A stretch of DNA of 63,813 bases, filler included, from Octopus bimaculoides (taxonomy: Eukaryota): the NCBI RefSeq assembly GCF_001194135.2. It is 8 parts of 7 records of this genome, joined end to end, with 100 filler letters (N's around TTAATTAATTAA, not from the genome) between each part and the next. Parts side by side here need not be neighbours in the genome. Positions count along the whole stretch, not along the records: positions 4,312 to 21,173 come from NC_068981.1; positions 21,274 to 31,004 come from NC_069004.1; 6 more parts are not named here. One strand, 5' to 3'. The notes below the pieces were generated by a model. The model was not told where the DNA came from, did not search any database, and saw nothing but the letters and a program-made list of their open reading frames with translations. Both the position numbers and the translations under genes were made by a program. Positions 11,300-23,085 of the stretch are shown in pieces; within the stretch, counting starts at the first letter, position 1, and every line of letters starts with the position of its first letter.

Positions 11300-12000
11300 T
11301 CCAATTGATCCCAAGAGCTATGCTGGCGGGAGTTCATCTCTTGGTAGGGTCACCTATGCCAGACAGGCCGAGGGCTAGTATGCAGATTAAAATAATCACT
11401 CTAGAGGAATAAATTTCAATGATGAAAACCCCTGAGCCAAGGTCAAGATGAAACCATGGGAAGCAGCATGATAGATGTGTTTGTTTCGGCAGAAGAGCTA
11501 CTATTTGCCAACTGCGAAACACACAAAGACACTGGGCGGAGAACTTACAAAGTCAACGGCTAGGATCACCCAGTTCAGTAAGGCAACTACTGCAACATCC
11601 ATAGGTACTTTCTCCTGATGCACAAAGAGAAAATGGAAGAAATACGTCTTGCATACGGTATTCTAAAGGAAACTGTCAATGTTATTATGATGTATAGAAA
11701 TACTCAATACTCTCCAAATAACGACACAGAGTGGCTAGTGTCCTCCAAGGTGGCACCCTACCTGTTCATTATATGTCTAGACTATGTTCTATGCACTTCT
11801 GTAGGTGACATAAAGGACAGAAGCAGACGTATTCCAACAGTGATCATCATAGATGTTGATAATGCTGATGATTTAGTGCTACTTGCTGATGAAGTTTGTG
11901 ATGCAGAGTCTCTCTCGCACAGTACTGAAAGTGCCGCTAAAGGTGTTGGTCTTCACGTCAACTCAGACAAGACGCTGCAACAGTTTCACACCAGGAAAAT
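11300..12000 (+). mobile_element. Internally deleted RTE-X piece: putative 5' UTR joined to RT
   Basis: KMEEIRLAYGILKETVNVIMMYRNT...APYLFIICLDYVL...RSRR.P...D.D.ADDLVLLA...AAKGVGLHVNSDKT. Upstream lies GATCCCAAGAGCTATGCTGGCGGGAG...GGTAGGGTCACCTATGCCAGACAGG, which resembles RTE-type 5' UTRs as recalled. Confidence 0.8.
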
Positions 12001-12339
12001 CCTTGCCTGCTAACAGAGATTAACTAAACATGAAAATTCAATTTTATATAAAGATTGAATGATTATAAAGTGAGCGTCAATTAAAATACATTTCATTTTC
12101 AAAATTAAATAGAATCTATAAATAGAACTTAATTTTTTTTATGAATGTCAGATTTCAAACTGCTGGTTATTCGGATTCAAGGTCTGCTGATACTGAGAAG
12201 CAATGGAATCGCAAACATCATGAAACATTTCTTTCGGCATTTGTGTAATATTCTCGTCCAATATCTGCCATTAATTTGTCGATTGTTGCTTGTGTTGTAC
12301 TGTAAACTTCATCTTTTTAGTATCCTCATAAAATAGTCT

Positions 12340-12870
12340 TGTGGTATACGTTCCGGCGAACGAAGAGGGTATTCTACTGAACCACTTAGTCCAATCCACT
12401 TGTTTTGCAAAAATTTATCAAGATAGGTCCAGGCCATTATCTTACCATGGTAGTGTGGTTCTGGCTTATCTTCATTAAGAACAGGCTATTCTTGGAATGT
12501 AACTTTTCCAATGACAGCGCTTCAAAATGCGACGGACGTTTGACTTTGAAATTTCTATCACATGACTCTTTTGTTTGATAGAAGTACTTGAGCTCTGGCA
12601 ATTGGGTTGTAATACCCTTTCTTAATTTGTGGGCTTCGTTGATATCCACAGACATCTGGAACATTTCTTGTGGGTATACTGAAGAGTTCCATCTGCTTTA
12701 AATTTATTTCTAATTCGAGTGATAGTAAGTTGCGTAGGGGGATCTTTTTGATACTTCTTCCTAAACTACTTTTGCATTTCGACTGCATTTTCAAACTTCC
12801 AGTAGCATTTTAGGATAAATTTTCTGTCTTCAAAGCGTACTCTGGCTCCCCTCATTATTTGCAAAGAGTT
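12340..12870 (-). mobile_element. Tc1/mariner-superfamily transposase remnant with a DUF4817-like N-terminus
   Basis: MRGARVRFEDRKFILKCYWKFENAVEMQK*FRKKYQKDPPTQLTITRIRNKFKADGT...ISKSNVRRILKRCHWKSYIPR. After a large deletion come YLDKFLQNKWIG..GSVEYPLRSP. Confidence 0.75.
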
Positions 12871-13699
12871 AAATCGAAAGAGATATGAAAATTAAGTGAA
12901 TTGTCAGTTGTTAAAGAGTGTATACATTTATATTTATAATATAAATAGTGTTAAAGAGTGCATACATACATATTTATATTTATATTTATAATATATATAT
13001 TTAGATATATTATATTTATAGGTGAACATTCGAAAGAAAGTAGCACTCAACACATTTAGATAGAATTCTAAAGTATTCAATGATAAATTGGTTGTTTCAC
13101 AGTACTTAAATTTCCGAAGACGCGGAACGCACATATGAACTAAGAAATTTAAAATAGCTTGTAGATGAAAATATTTGAGTCCCCAATTGCTCAGTCTAAG
13201 TCTTTTACTTTCTGTAGTTAAGCAACAACATCAGCTAATTCCACTATGTTCTACGAGGTAAATAGTCAAGTAGTCGATAGTCTGTAAAATTTAACAGTTT
13301 AATGATGACACCTGCAGGTGTACCGCGTAGTGAGATAACCAGTTTGATGATACCAGTTTGCATGGCTGCGTTGTGTAATAATAGTAAGGTCTTGTAGGCT
13401 ACAATGTAGGGTATATAATATCCACACTTGTACGTGGGTCAGCAAGGCCTAGGCACAGAATCCAAGTTATTAGCGGTCAATGGTTTGAAGTCCATTAACA
13501 GGTGTATATTTGATGACTACAATATGATTGATCTATTTTTTTTTGTCGTACTATATGCAGTTTGTCTCGGTGTCGGAGTTGACAATTTCGAAGTTCATAT
13601 GTTAAAGAGGGACCCTGTGAAAGATACCTTGTGTATCTTTCACAGGGTGAAAGATATCTTCTGTAAAGATATCGTTTTCTTGGAACCAGAATCTACAGA

Positions 13700-14520
13700 C
13701 AAAATGAGACAGAAAAATGTAGATTTTCTTGCCCCTAATACTTGAAGGGGGTGTGCAACGTAAATCTTCCCAGGAAATCATTAGCTATTATTCTCCTGTG
13801 GTGTTTCGTAATACCGTAGGTGTATGGATGGCTTCATACATCATAGCCTTTGAAAGACGATTACTCTTAGTGTGCGGTAGGTGGAATTTGGGCAATTATT
13901 GAATGGAGTGTGGGTTAGAAACTGCTTGGGCACGTGTTTTTTTTATAGTAACGTGAAATGCCGGAAGAGAGTATATAAGCATGAGTCCCTACCCATGATT
14001 CTATGGTCATTGAAGAGTTTATGACACCTGTGACTTCTTGGGAAATGCTTTCTACTTAACAAGAATCTTATAGATAAATTAGATATTGAATTGCATAGTA
14101 GATTACGCCACATTTCCATTCCTTTTTTTACTTTCTTCGGGTTTGGGGGTGCTTGCACTAAATTATCAGTAAAATCACTCCTTAATTCTACTTCATTTTA
14201 ATGGGATGCTACCCTGTTAAAGTACCCTCTGTCTGCTGATAGGTTTGAGAGACTTCTGTTTGTGCCCGCGACTAGTTTTCTAATTACAACTGGGGGTTGT
14301 TTGAAATTTCTATGGATATAAGTAGTTTTCTCATTAAGTGTTAAAATTGCTTGCCTTGTGATTAAGGGTGACATCCAGTAAGTCGGCCTTTGTTAATTTG
14401 GTGGTAACAGTTATACTTAAGTCGAATTCCTTGAAGATGCTTATAAAATTCTTTCTAAACTTACCCAGAGTGTGTCGATTCGTGCGGTTTGCGACTGCCA
14501 GGACAACGTCCATGTACATG
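13700..14520 (-). mobile_element. Old Penelope-like element: RT, linker and start of GIY-YIG
   Basis: YMDVVLAV...KFRKNFISIFKEFDLSITVTTKL.KADLLDVTLN matches the YRDD region. RFLL.RKHFPRSHRCHKLFN....DSC is the linker. CLSKAMMYEA follows. Confidence 0.7.
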
Positions 14521-15844
14521 TCTGAACTGTGAGAGTATGTACGTTTTTTAGAGTGTCCAAAGTGTCTCTCTACTTTTCTAGCCGGTAAGAATCATTGTGG
14601 AACAGGTGTGGCTTCTTAACGTTCACAACAGTTTTGGTATCAAAATCGCTAATTCTACTAAACTGAAATCTGGAGCTAGTTGAACTTTCAGGCGGCATTA
14701 TTTTCGATGCTGCAGGACTAGTTAATTATAGATGCACTCTAATCTTATTAAATAATCTTGTTCCCTTTCTACTGTCGCAGTTGACGGCGTTGAGAATGTT
14801 TACTTACAATATTAATCTTGGTTTTAGAGGGGGTGATTACTGTGCATTTAGGGCTGAAAAAAGCTTGCGATGTGCTTTGTACAGTACCTGTCGACATTAT
14901 TGTCACAAAATATGCTTTCTAATATAGAAACACATTCGTGTGCACATTTAAGTATCAAACTATGTATGTGTACTTATTGTGTAAAGAGGTTTATAAATGA
15001 GAACTGATACGTTCCTGTGAGCAAGTGTGTATGAATATGCATGTTGATTTCTGATACGTCCAGTTCTGTTGATCATAAAAACAGAATTTAAGAACGCCTT
15101 TAGTCATCTAGCCGCACAGATTTACTGCCAACAAAATGTTAGCCATTTGATTGTGTTCATTACTTTCTCCACTTTCTATAGAGATGCTTTGATAAAAATA
15201 GATTGCTATAAATAAGATGGCTATAGGAAATATATAATGTAAATAAAATGAAGATTTTTAAAGATTATTTCTATTTCTTAAGGGGAAACAAGAACTCAAT
15301 GAAACAATGTGACAATGTAAAGTTGAAAATGTTGAAAATACAAGTTTTTTCTAAAGTCTAAAAAAAAAAAAGAATACATTCAATATTAGCAAAGAAATGA
15401 CAGGTTTAAATTTGAAATATTTTTCATTATAAAGAAAGCAAAAAAATGTAGAAGCTACAATCTTCGCACAATATTTCACTATTGACTAACATCCCTGAGC
15501 GCTATGGAGAAATTACAATTTCTAATATAGAAATGTCACTACTTTTGTGATATGGATTGCTGAAAGAAAGATCTTCAAAGGCTTCTCTGTGAAGAATGAG
15601 AAAAACTTAGTTGTATTAGTTTGGCAGCAACTGACACTGATGTGTAGATTGCTTTTTAAAAGTCTCGATACAGAAGAGTTACCAATACTGAAATATTAAT
15701 ATAAAAGTTATATCTTGAGTGGGTGTCTACGAGAAGAAGTTTAAACAGCTTTTCATTGTGTAAACTGAACCTGCAGATTATTGGAGAGGGACTCGTGGGA
15801 AATATGAAATAGGTATGTGTGTGTATGTGAGCGTGTGCGCGACT

Positions 15845-15985
15845 TTCAGTTTCTACCTACAAAATTCACTCACAATGCATTGGTAGGCTCAGGGCTATAG
15901 TCTAAGACACTGGCCTAAGATTCTACGCGAGGGGAATAAATTCGAAACTACATGGTCGAAAAATCAAACAGAAACCACGATAAGT
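15845..15985 (-). mobile_element. tRNA-derived SINE family B, degraded
   Basis: It is the inverse of AACCACATGGTT.CG.GTTC...CTTGGGCAAGTGTCTT..ACTATAGCC...GAGTG.ATTT.GTAG..GAAACTGAAAG. Confidence 0.65.
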
Positions 15986-16504
15986 TCACTACCCGGTGTA
16001 CGATTATCAAGAAAGGAATAGTTGAGTTTCGAGTATTAAATTTCGAACATCCAGAAATCATAATGGTGATGAGTATATTAATCAAAATTCAGAGAGGCGA
16101 AAGATAAATATTTATTCCGTATGTTGACAGCAGTTTTTAAAATTTATATCTAGTTATTTCACTGTCGCTAAAGCGTCTTATATTCGAGAACTACCTAATA
16201 CTATGGTCATGTACCTACACGTAATATACTCAGTTTGCCTAATCCTTTAGATGGATTAGCTTAACTTATACCACTTGTATCGTTATCATTATTTCTGACT
16301 TATAAGAGAATAATTCCTAACAAAATTGTATAGCTAAAATACTTGTATTTCACTCAATAAGGTAAAATTGGAATTGATAAACTGGCCCAAATCCAGTTTA
16401 TTCCTGGTTTATTAATTCTTTTATTAATTATAAATAGGTATGTTTATTGCACATGACCATAATAGTTATAACTGCACATGCAATCTCTGGATGTTTTGCA
16501 ATGC

Positions 16505-16576
<72 letters not shown>

Positions 16577-16659
16577 TTTATATATGAACACAAAGTGAAT
16601 GTTATTGGCGCTATGTAGAGCTTCGCTGAATGTTCACAGGCAGAGATGTTTGCGGGCGG

Positions 16660-17225
16660 TGAATATACGAAGATCGTTAGAGCAATGAAAGATAATTCAA
16701 TACTGCAGTTTCAGGCTTTACGGATGACATGCGTGGGCACGAATCCAATTGGTCTTCAGTTAAATGTACCGTTAGTGATCGGAATTTTAAAATATTCACT
16801 ACATATCTGCCTGTTTACTGGGTGTACATTCGCTTTGTATTCATAATTCTACCTTTTATGGTACTTTATTCTTGCTGGATAGTAATATTATTATTTTAAA
16901 AAATAATTATATCTCTTGCATATCTTTTCACTGATCTTGGTTCGAATTTTGACTGGAGTTTTCAACTGAGTAAACATGTAGTGAATATTTTGAAATTTCG
17001 GTCGCTTATGGTAAATTCAACTGAAGAAGACCAATCGGATTCGTGCCTACGCACGTGATACGAAAAGTCTGAAACGGCAGTATTGAATTATTCTTCATTG
17101 CTCTAACGGTCTTCGTAGAGTTAAGACAGAATTCGCTTTGTATTCATAATTCTACCTTTTATGGTGCTTTATTCTTGATGGTTAGTAATATTATTATTTT
17201 TAATAATATTTATATCTCTTGTATA
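16660..17225. repeat. ~140-bp inverted repeat overlapping a ~95-bp direct repeat (A-B-A'-B)
   Basis: About 16670-16805 is inverted to about 16978-17117. About 16829-16922 is repeated directly at about 17131-17225. Confidence 0.85.
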
Positions 17226-17262
17226 TACATATATATNNNNNNNNNNNNNNNNNNNNATATAC

Positions 17263-17390
17263 ATACCAAATACATTCATAAGGCTTTGGTTGACAAAAGA
17301 CACTTGCCCAAGGTGCCAAGCAATTGGACTGAACCCGATAAGATGTGGTTCGGAAGCAAGCATTTTACTACACAGCCATTCCTGTGTCCA
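17263..17390 (-). mobile_element. SINE family B, 5' part
   Basis: The minus strand reads CAGGAATGGCTGTGTAGTAAAATGCTTGCTTCCGAACCACATC..ATCGGGTTCAGTCC...CACCTTGGGCAAGTGTCTT, with A-box- and B-box-like motifs. Confidence 0.8.
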
Positions 17391-18195
17391 TACATACATA
17401 CATACATACATACATACAAACATACATACATACAAACATACATACATACGTACGTACGTACGTACGTACGTACGTACTTACTACACGCACCACGACACAA
17501 ATTGTAAAAAGAAAAAAACTTTATTTTCTTCCTCTCCACCTTTTTATCCATTTCTCCACTTTTTAAAATAAAACTTCAATCTTCACCAAACATTTACACT
17601 TCTATTATCTATCTCTGTGAAACTAATTGAAATTCTGTGAACATTTAAACATTTGATTGTTTAAGCATATTTTACCTTGAAACTTTAAACTCTCCTAAAC
17701 CCTTTGTTTATATATTTATACCACTGATAAGCAAAACAAATTGTCGAAACTGGTTTGGCATTTGAATAAATCTATTACAAAATTTAAAAACGACACGTTT
17801 TGAGATTCAGGTGCATTTAAAAAAAAAAACAAATTCCCCTATCTGTCAATCTATCTATCTCGTTTTATCTACCTCATCTATACATACATTCCTTTATACA
17901 TACATATGTGTATGTATGTGTGTATATATATATATGTGTATATATGTATGTATGCACATATATATATATATATGTATATATAAATTAATTTATGTATATA
18001 TTAATATTATCTTGGTTGAAAAAACTTCGATAATGTAAATATGTTAATAGTTACCGGGGTAGCAAAAATCATACAAAAACTGGGATATCATACTCGGTTA
18101 ATGGGTAGAAATTCCATGTTAAAGTGATGCATTATGAGTAGATATGAAGAATAATAATAAATGGACCAAAACGCATATGATCAATAAGTTCCTTT

Positions 18196-18286
18196 AATTC
18201 ATACATATGTTTCAAAATTTATGTGCACTCTACTCCAAAGAAGTAAGAGGTGCTGGAAATGCATATAAATTCATCGTCAGGGAACC
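18196..18286 (-). ncRNA. Type I hammerhead with a long stem II (family H3), 1.1 mismatch
   Basis: GGUUCC-CUGACGA-U-[GAAUUUAUAUGCA...UGCACAUAAAUUU]U-GAA-ACAUAUGU-A-UGAAUU. Stem III is the palindrome ACAUAUGU. Stem I pairs except at its first position. Confidence 0.55.
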
Positions 18287-18559
18287 AACTTACAAAAGCA
18301 AGACATGCGCTAAATGCTAAGGTTGCGTACGAGTTATAACATTATATAGCTAAGTAAATGACCGTTAGAAACAAGAACGCTAGTTTACAGGGAGCTGTTT
18401 AGGGAGAGAGGCTATGAACGCTATACTAAAAGTTTAAAATAAAAAGAAGACATAATGAACCGCAGTAAAATTCAAAAATCTAAAGTTCAAAATAATGGTA
18501 AACAAAAAATCTTAGTAAAGGAGAAAGGGAGAGAATCCAAGGGAGAATCCAAAGGGAGA

Positions 18560-18898
18560 GAATCCAAGGACCACAAAAAATATTTTGGTCCAACCCTTCT
18601 CTACGCCTTATTTGTCCCTCTAGATCAGACATGGGCATTCTTAGCAAAAACAATAGTAGATAAGTTAAAACTAAGACTATGGTCAAATTCTTCTCAAGTA
18701 ATAGAATGGTTTAATTCAATTAAAAACAAGAGTAATACCAAATTTATACAGTTCGACATCTCTAGTTTCTACTCATCTATTAACCCCATTATCCTTAACA
18801 AGGCACTTTGGTTCGCCCATAATAAGGCAGGTCTTTCTAGAGACAAAATTAGTGAAATATTAGCGGCTCGTAAATCAATTATAAAATTTAACAATAAG
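18560..18898 (+). mobile_element. Penelope-like RT fragment, same family as 4312-4735
   Basis: KDHKKYF..NPSLRLICPSRSDMGILSK (frameshift)...LWSNSSQVIEWFNSIKNKSNTKFIQFDISSFYSSINP.ILNKALWFAHNKAGLSRD.I..ILAARKS. Confidence 0.85.
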
Positions 18899-18974
18899 CC
18901 TCCTCCGTGGGGGGAATTTCCAAAATTAAAAAAACTTTCTTCGGTTTTATTTTGCCATCTTCTAAACGAAAATG

Positions 18975-20121
18975 ATTAAATGACCAAGAATGCCGTTCCA
19001 CAGACAATGGTCACTGCCGACTCTGCCGTTAAAGTCCCCCAACACGACGAGTTTGTCATGCGCGGGGACTCTCTAGATGGTGCGGTCCAGCAGGTTTTAG
19101 AACGAAGACTTGACGTCGTCTTCAGATGTAACGGTAGAGACGTACACAGAGATCAGCATAAGGGATCTGTCACGAATGAACGGGATCCGAACAGTCATCA
19201 GGTGCTCGCTGACAGCAGTTGGGACGAGTCTGTGTTGGCCCACGAGTTTCGTTTAGATGGCAAGGTCAACTCCATGGATGCATGCTTCTTTAGGATCCTT
19301 CCCCTTCCAAAAAAATGGTGTATTTGGAGCCAGCTTCTTTGATGTTACCTTCTCCGTAAAGCCTAGTTTCGCTCAAGGCTGCCACGCCGATGTTGAAGCG
19401 GGCTGTACGTCGCTCAGGACGATTAATGTCATTCTTGTCCTGGAGAGTGCGGATGTTCCAGGCCCGAGAGTGAGAGGTTGTGAAACAAAGGATTTAGTAG
19501 TCGATGATAGATGAGTTCCGACCGCTGAGTGGGAGGTCCGCCAGCCGCGGTATGCTGGCCAGATCTAGTTGCCGTATCCGATGTTTACCCCACCTTTTCT
19601 AGGGGCTCCTCCTTAAGGGGTGGGCTGAAGTAATCCTAAAGAGTTCAGCTGCCGAACTCCAATTAGACGGGTATTCATTGGAGAGCGACCATCTAAGATT
19701 CGCCACCAATGTGTGGTCACGGAGTAGAGGTTTCCAGCTTTCCATCGGCATTGGGCTTTATTTTAGACTCAGAGTAGAAAGACGAAGCCAGTCGCTGAGT
19801 AAATTGTTTGAGGTGATCGTGGCTGCGCGACGGCTACGCGCACGCACTTGGCCAGGAACTATTCCACTGCTCAAGAATTGAGACGTGCTGTCTTGTTGAA
19901 GCTGGTAGCAGCGAGCTGTCGGAGTTTGATGTCACGCTTGCCCGCCAGACGTCGCGCCTGCCCACCAGATGTCGCCCTCTTCCTTGGCAGGTGTCGCCCT
20001 CTTCCTCGAGTCAATCCTTGGCAGCTTGAGATTGTCCTCCTCTGCTTATTTCGCCGTGATGTTAGTGTTTGGTCGTGTTTAGTCGGGACCTCATCCTCGG
20101 CCTTGCCGCCATGGGCGGCCC
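18975..20121 (-). mobile_element. RTE LINE 5' part: GC-rich 5' region and AP endonuclease
   Basis: AWNIRTLQD...[74 protein letters not shown]. Confidence 0.85.
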
Positions 20122-20483
20122 NNNNNNNNNNNNNNNNNNNNNNNNNNNNNNNNNNNNNNNNNNNNNNNNNNNNNNNNNNNNNNNNNNNNNNNNNNNNNNN
20201 NNNNNNNNNNNNNNNNNNNNNNNNNNNNNNNNNNNNNNNNNNNNNNNNNNNNNNNNNNNNNNNNNNNNNNNNNNNNNNNNNNNNNNNNNNNNNNNNNNNN
20301 NNNNNNNNNNNNNNNNNNNNNNNNNNNNNNNNNNNNNNNNNNNNNNNNNNNNNNNNNNNNNNNNNNNNNNNNNNNNNNNNNNNNNNNNNNNNNNNNNNNN
20401 NNNNNNNNNNNNNNNNNNNNNNNNNNNNNNNNNNNNNNNNNNNNNNNNNNNNNNNNNNNNNNNNNNNNNNNNNNNNNNNNNNN

Positions 20484-20517
<34 letters not shown>

Positions 20518-20739
20518 TTTGCCGAAAGTCCCCTAACTTTATGTTTAACAACTGAATGAATTTAATAAACCCATCTAAATATGAAACATCATGAAAATAG
20601 TTCAAACTGAAGTCCCTCTTGAGTAACACATCTTTCCATTCGAGTCAATACAAAATTGCAGATAGTATTTATGGAATTTTGATTTACTGTCGGGTGACTT
20701 TGGGTCAACCCTGTATTTTTATACATGCCTGTCGCAAAG

Positions 20740-21140
20740 GAACAATTGGAACTGTAATCAACAGTGAACATTGGATATGTATTATATGTGACCGTGTTCT
20801 GTTGTCAAAAGCAGGATACGTGAAAATCACATGAAAATCGTAATGCCCAGATAAGTAATGATTTTGGACACCTCTTACGACTTGTGTCACAAGTCAAAAA
20901 ACTTGTAACTTGTAAGACAATATCTGAACTTAAAAGACATATGCTAGTTCACAAATAACATTCCTTCAGAATCAGATTCCAAAGGGCAAAGATATAGAAG
21001 AAACTTGAACAATATCTGTCACTTGTGTTTTAAACCCTGTCAGTCAGCAGTTGGTCTTAAAAGTAATCTAAGGGTCCATCAACGGAATGACTGAGCTGTG
21101 TGATGGGGTGTGGTGTTTGTGTTGATGGGACGACTATCAT
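20740..21140 (+). mobile_element. Three decayed C2H2-type zinc fingers, probably an RTE LINE ORF C-terminus and tail
   Basis: WICIICDRVLLSKAGYV(N)HMKS*, CKTISELKRHMLVHK and ICHLCFKPCQSAVGLKSNLRVHQ, with frameshifts and stops. The assignment to RTE is from recall. Confidence 0.55.
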
Positions 21141-21714
21141 CTGTCAAGATGAAGCAATTATATATATATATATNNNNNNNNNNNNNNNNNNNNNNNNNNN
21201 NNNNNNNNNNNNNNNNNTTAATTAATTAANNNNNNNNNNNNNNNNNNNNNNNNNNNNNNNNNNNNNNNNNNNNATATATATATATGTTTATATATATATA
21301 TGTGTGTGTGTGTTTGTGTGTGTGTGTGTTTGTGTGTGTGTGTGCGCGCGTTTGTGCGTGTGTGTCTATATATAACATGAGTGTGCATGTATCTGCGTCT
21401 GTGTGTGTATGGACTATAAACCAAAGGAGAATTACGAGTGTTCTTTAACAAGCACTAAAACACACCATTTTCCTGGGATTTATTCGCATTAGTCTCAGCT
21501 TATCTCAGGGGGAGATTTCGCTGCTAACGTCTGGCCTCATTAATCTGTTTAAACAACATCTAAACTGAGCGATATCGCAATATCAAATACGATTTGTAGC
21601 AGATACGAAACTCAATGTTTCATTGTGAAATTTCCGACTGTAATTTTTATGTATTGTAATTACATGTAAATTATATTTCAATATTAAACGCTACTTAAGG
21701 CTTCCCTTTAATGT

Positions 21715-21888
21715 GTGCGGGCGTAGATGCGTAGCTAAAAAAGTTGGATCTGCAACTACCAGGTTTCAATCTCACAGCTTTAAGCAACTGTCTTCTGCCA
21801 GAGCCTCGAAACGACCAAAGCTTTGTTATTAAATTTGGTTGGTGAAAATTGTATAGAACCCCATCGTTGGGATCATTTCTGTTATTGG
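21715..21888 (+). mobile_element. SINE family B, degraded
   Basis: GGTTTCAATCTCAC...AACTGTCTTCTGCCAGAGCCTCG..CGACCAAAGC...ATTTGGTTGGTGAAAATTGTATAGAACCCCATCGT. Confidence 0.55.
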
Positions 21889-22855
21889 ATGATAGGCTTC
21901 ATCTGTCGTCTGTTTTAACATCACCATACGATCGTTAAATGCTTGAAGAGCTCTCATTCGAGCGTTCAAGTTGTATCTCCAGTTCGGGGATAACTTTCTC
22001 CGTCTCTCTCTTCTTCCCTCCAAAGACAGAGAACCTGGATGCCCTCCTCCTTCATTTGTCCAATTCAATAAAAAAGAAGAGGGAAGAAAAGAACAAAAGA
22101 AAATTTGCAATTGATATGACGTCGCTAGGTATCAAATGGGCAAAAATATACGTAAATAACAATTACGTAAATCGTTCCTCGGAAGAGTCTGGATATTAAC
22201 ATTTAACAATTGATAATGTTACTTACGATGCATTTAGATTGCTGTTATTAATAAAGTACATTTTGTTGTTGTTGTAATACTTAATGTTTGCCATGAATTA
22301 TTTATTTAATATGGCGTCTAATTGGTGATGTTTCCATTGTCTAACGTCTTCAACTCTAAACTGCTTTCCTTGTCCACGAACAAACAACCGGACCTTATGG
22401 CTGCTACATTAAAAGACGACAGACAATTCACTGTGGAACTCTTTTGTGTTGCATATGTCATATGTTCATATGAAACACTGACCTTAATTCTTCCGATCCG
22501 ACGAAAGAAGACGCTATAAGGGTTGACTGCCTGCTAGACATAGCAACCAAAATTTCCTTCAGATCACACCATACTGTTTTAAATATAAAATTACACATTG
22601 CCTAATATAGAAACTTTGCACCAATGAGCAGAAAGTGTTATGAATACATTATCATCGTAAAAGGTAAAGTTATTCTCCTGTGACATACACAACAGCGATT
22701 AGCATATTTTGTGCTCGATTCAGCTGGAACGTGTTAAGAATAAATATGTAAGTCATCGTTTCAGATCTCGTAGTTTAGAGTGCAAATAACGATTTATTTT
22801 CATATGGCAGATATCAGCACTAATCAGGAAACAGGTTGTTCGCTACACTCATGAA

Positions 22856-23001
22856 CAGAGGTGGCTGTGTAATGAGAAGTTTGGTTCCCAACCACATGGT
22901 TCCGGGTTCAATCCCACTGCGTCACATCAAGGACAATATAATCTCGGGCTGACCAAAATATTGTGAGTGGATTTGGTAGAGGGAAACTGTAAGAAGTCCG
23001 T

Positions 23002-23004
<3 letters not shown>
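22856..23004 (+). mobile_element. SINE family B
   Basis: CAGAGGTGGCTGTGTAATGAGAAG...CCAACCACATGGTTCCGGGTTCAATCCCACTGCG...GAGTGGATTTGGTAGAGGGAAACTGTAAGAAGTCCGTTG, followed by (TA)n. Confidence 0.85.

Positions 23005-23085
<81 letters not shown>

Noticed and set aside
13195-13240. Minus-strand CUGAUGU-UGU..ACA-GAAA-GU..ACU downstream of a PLE
   Set aside because: A9 is altered, the cleavage base would be U, and stem I does not pair. It is at most a relic.
19560-20121. HDV-like ribozyme in the RTE 5' regions (also about 5950-6150)
   Set aside because: One is expected from known RTE biology and a GGCGAAU J4/2-like motif is present. However, I could not assemble P1, P1.1, P2 and P3, so a descriptor search is needed.
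21829-22110. 93-aa minus-strand ORF that looks protein-like
   Set aside because: Its end lies within a SINE, its start is a polypyrimidine tract, and it has no convincing splice sites or recognisable domain.
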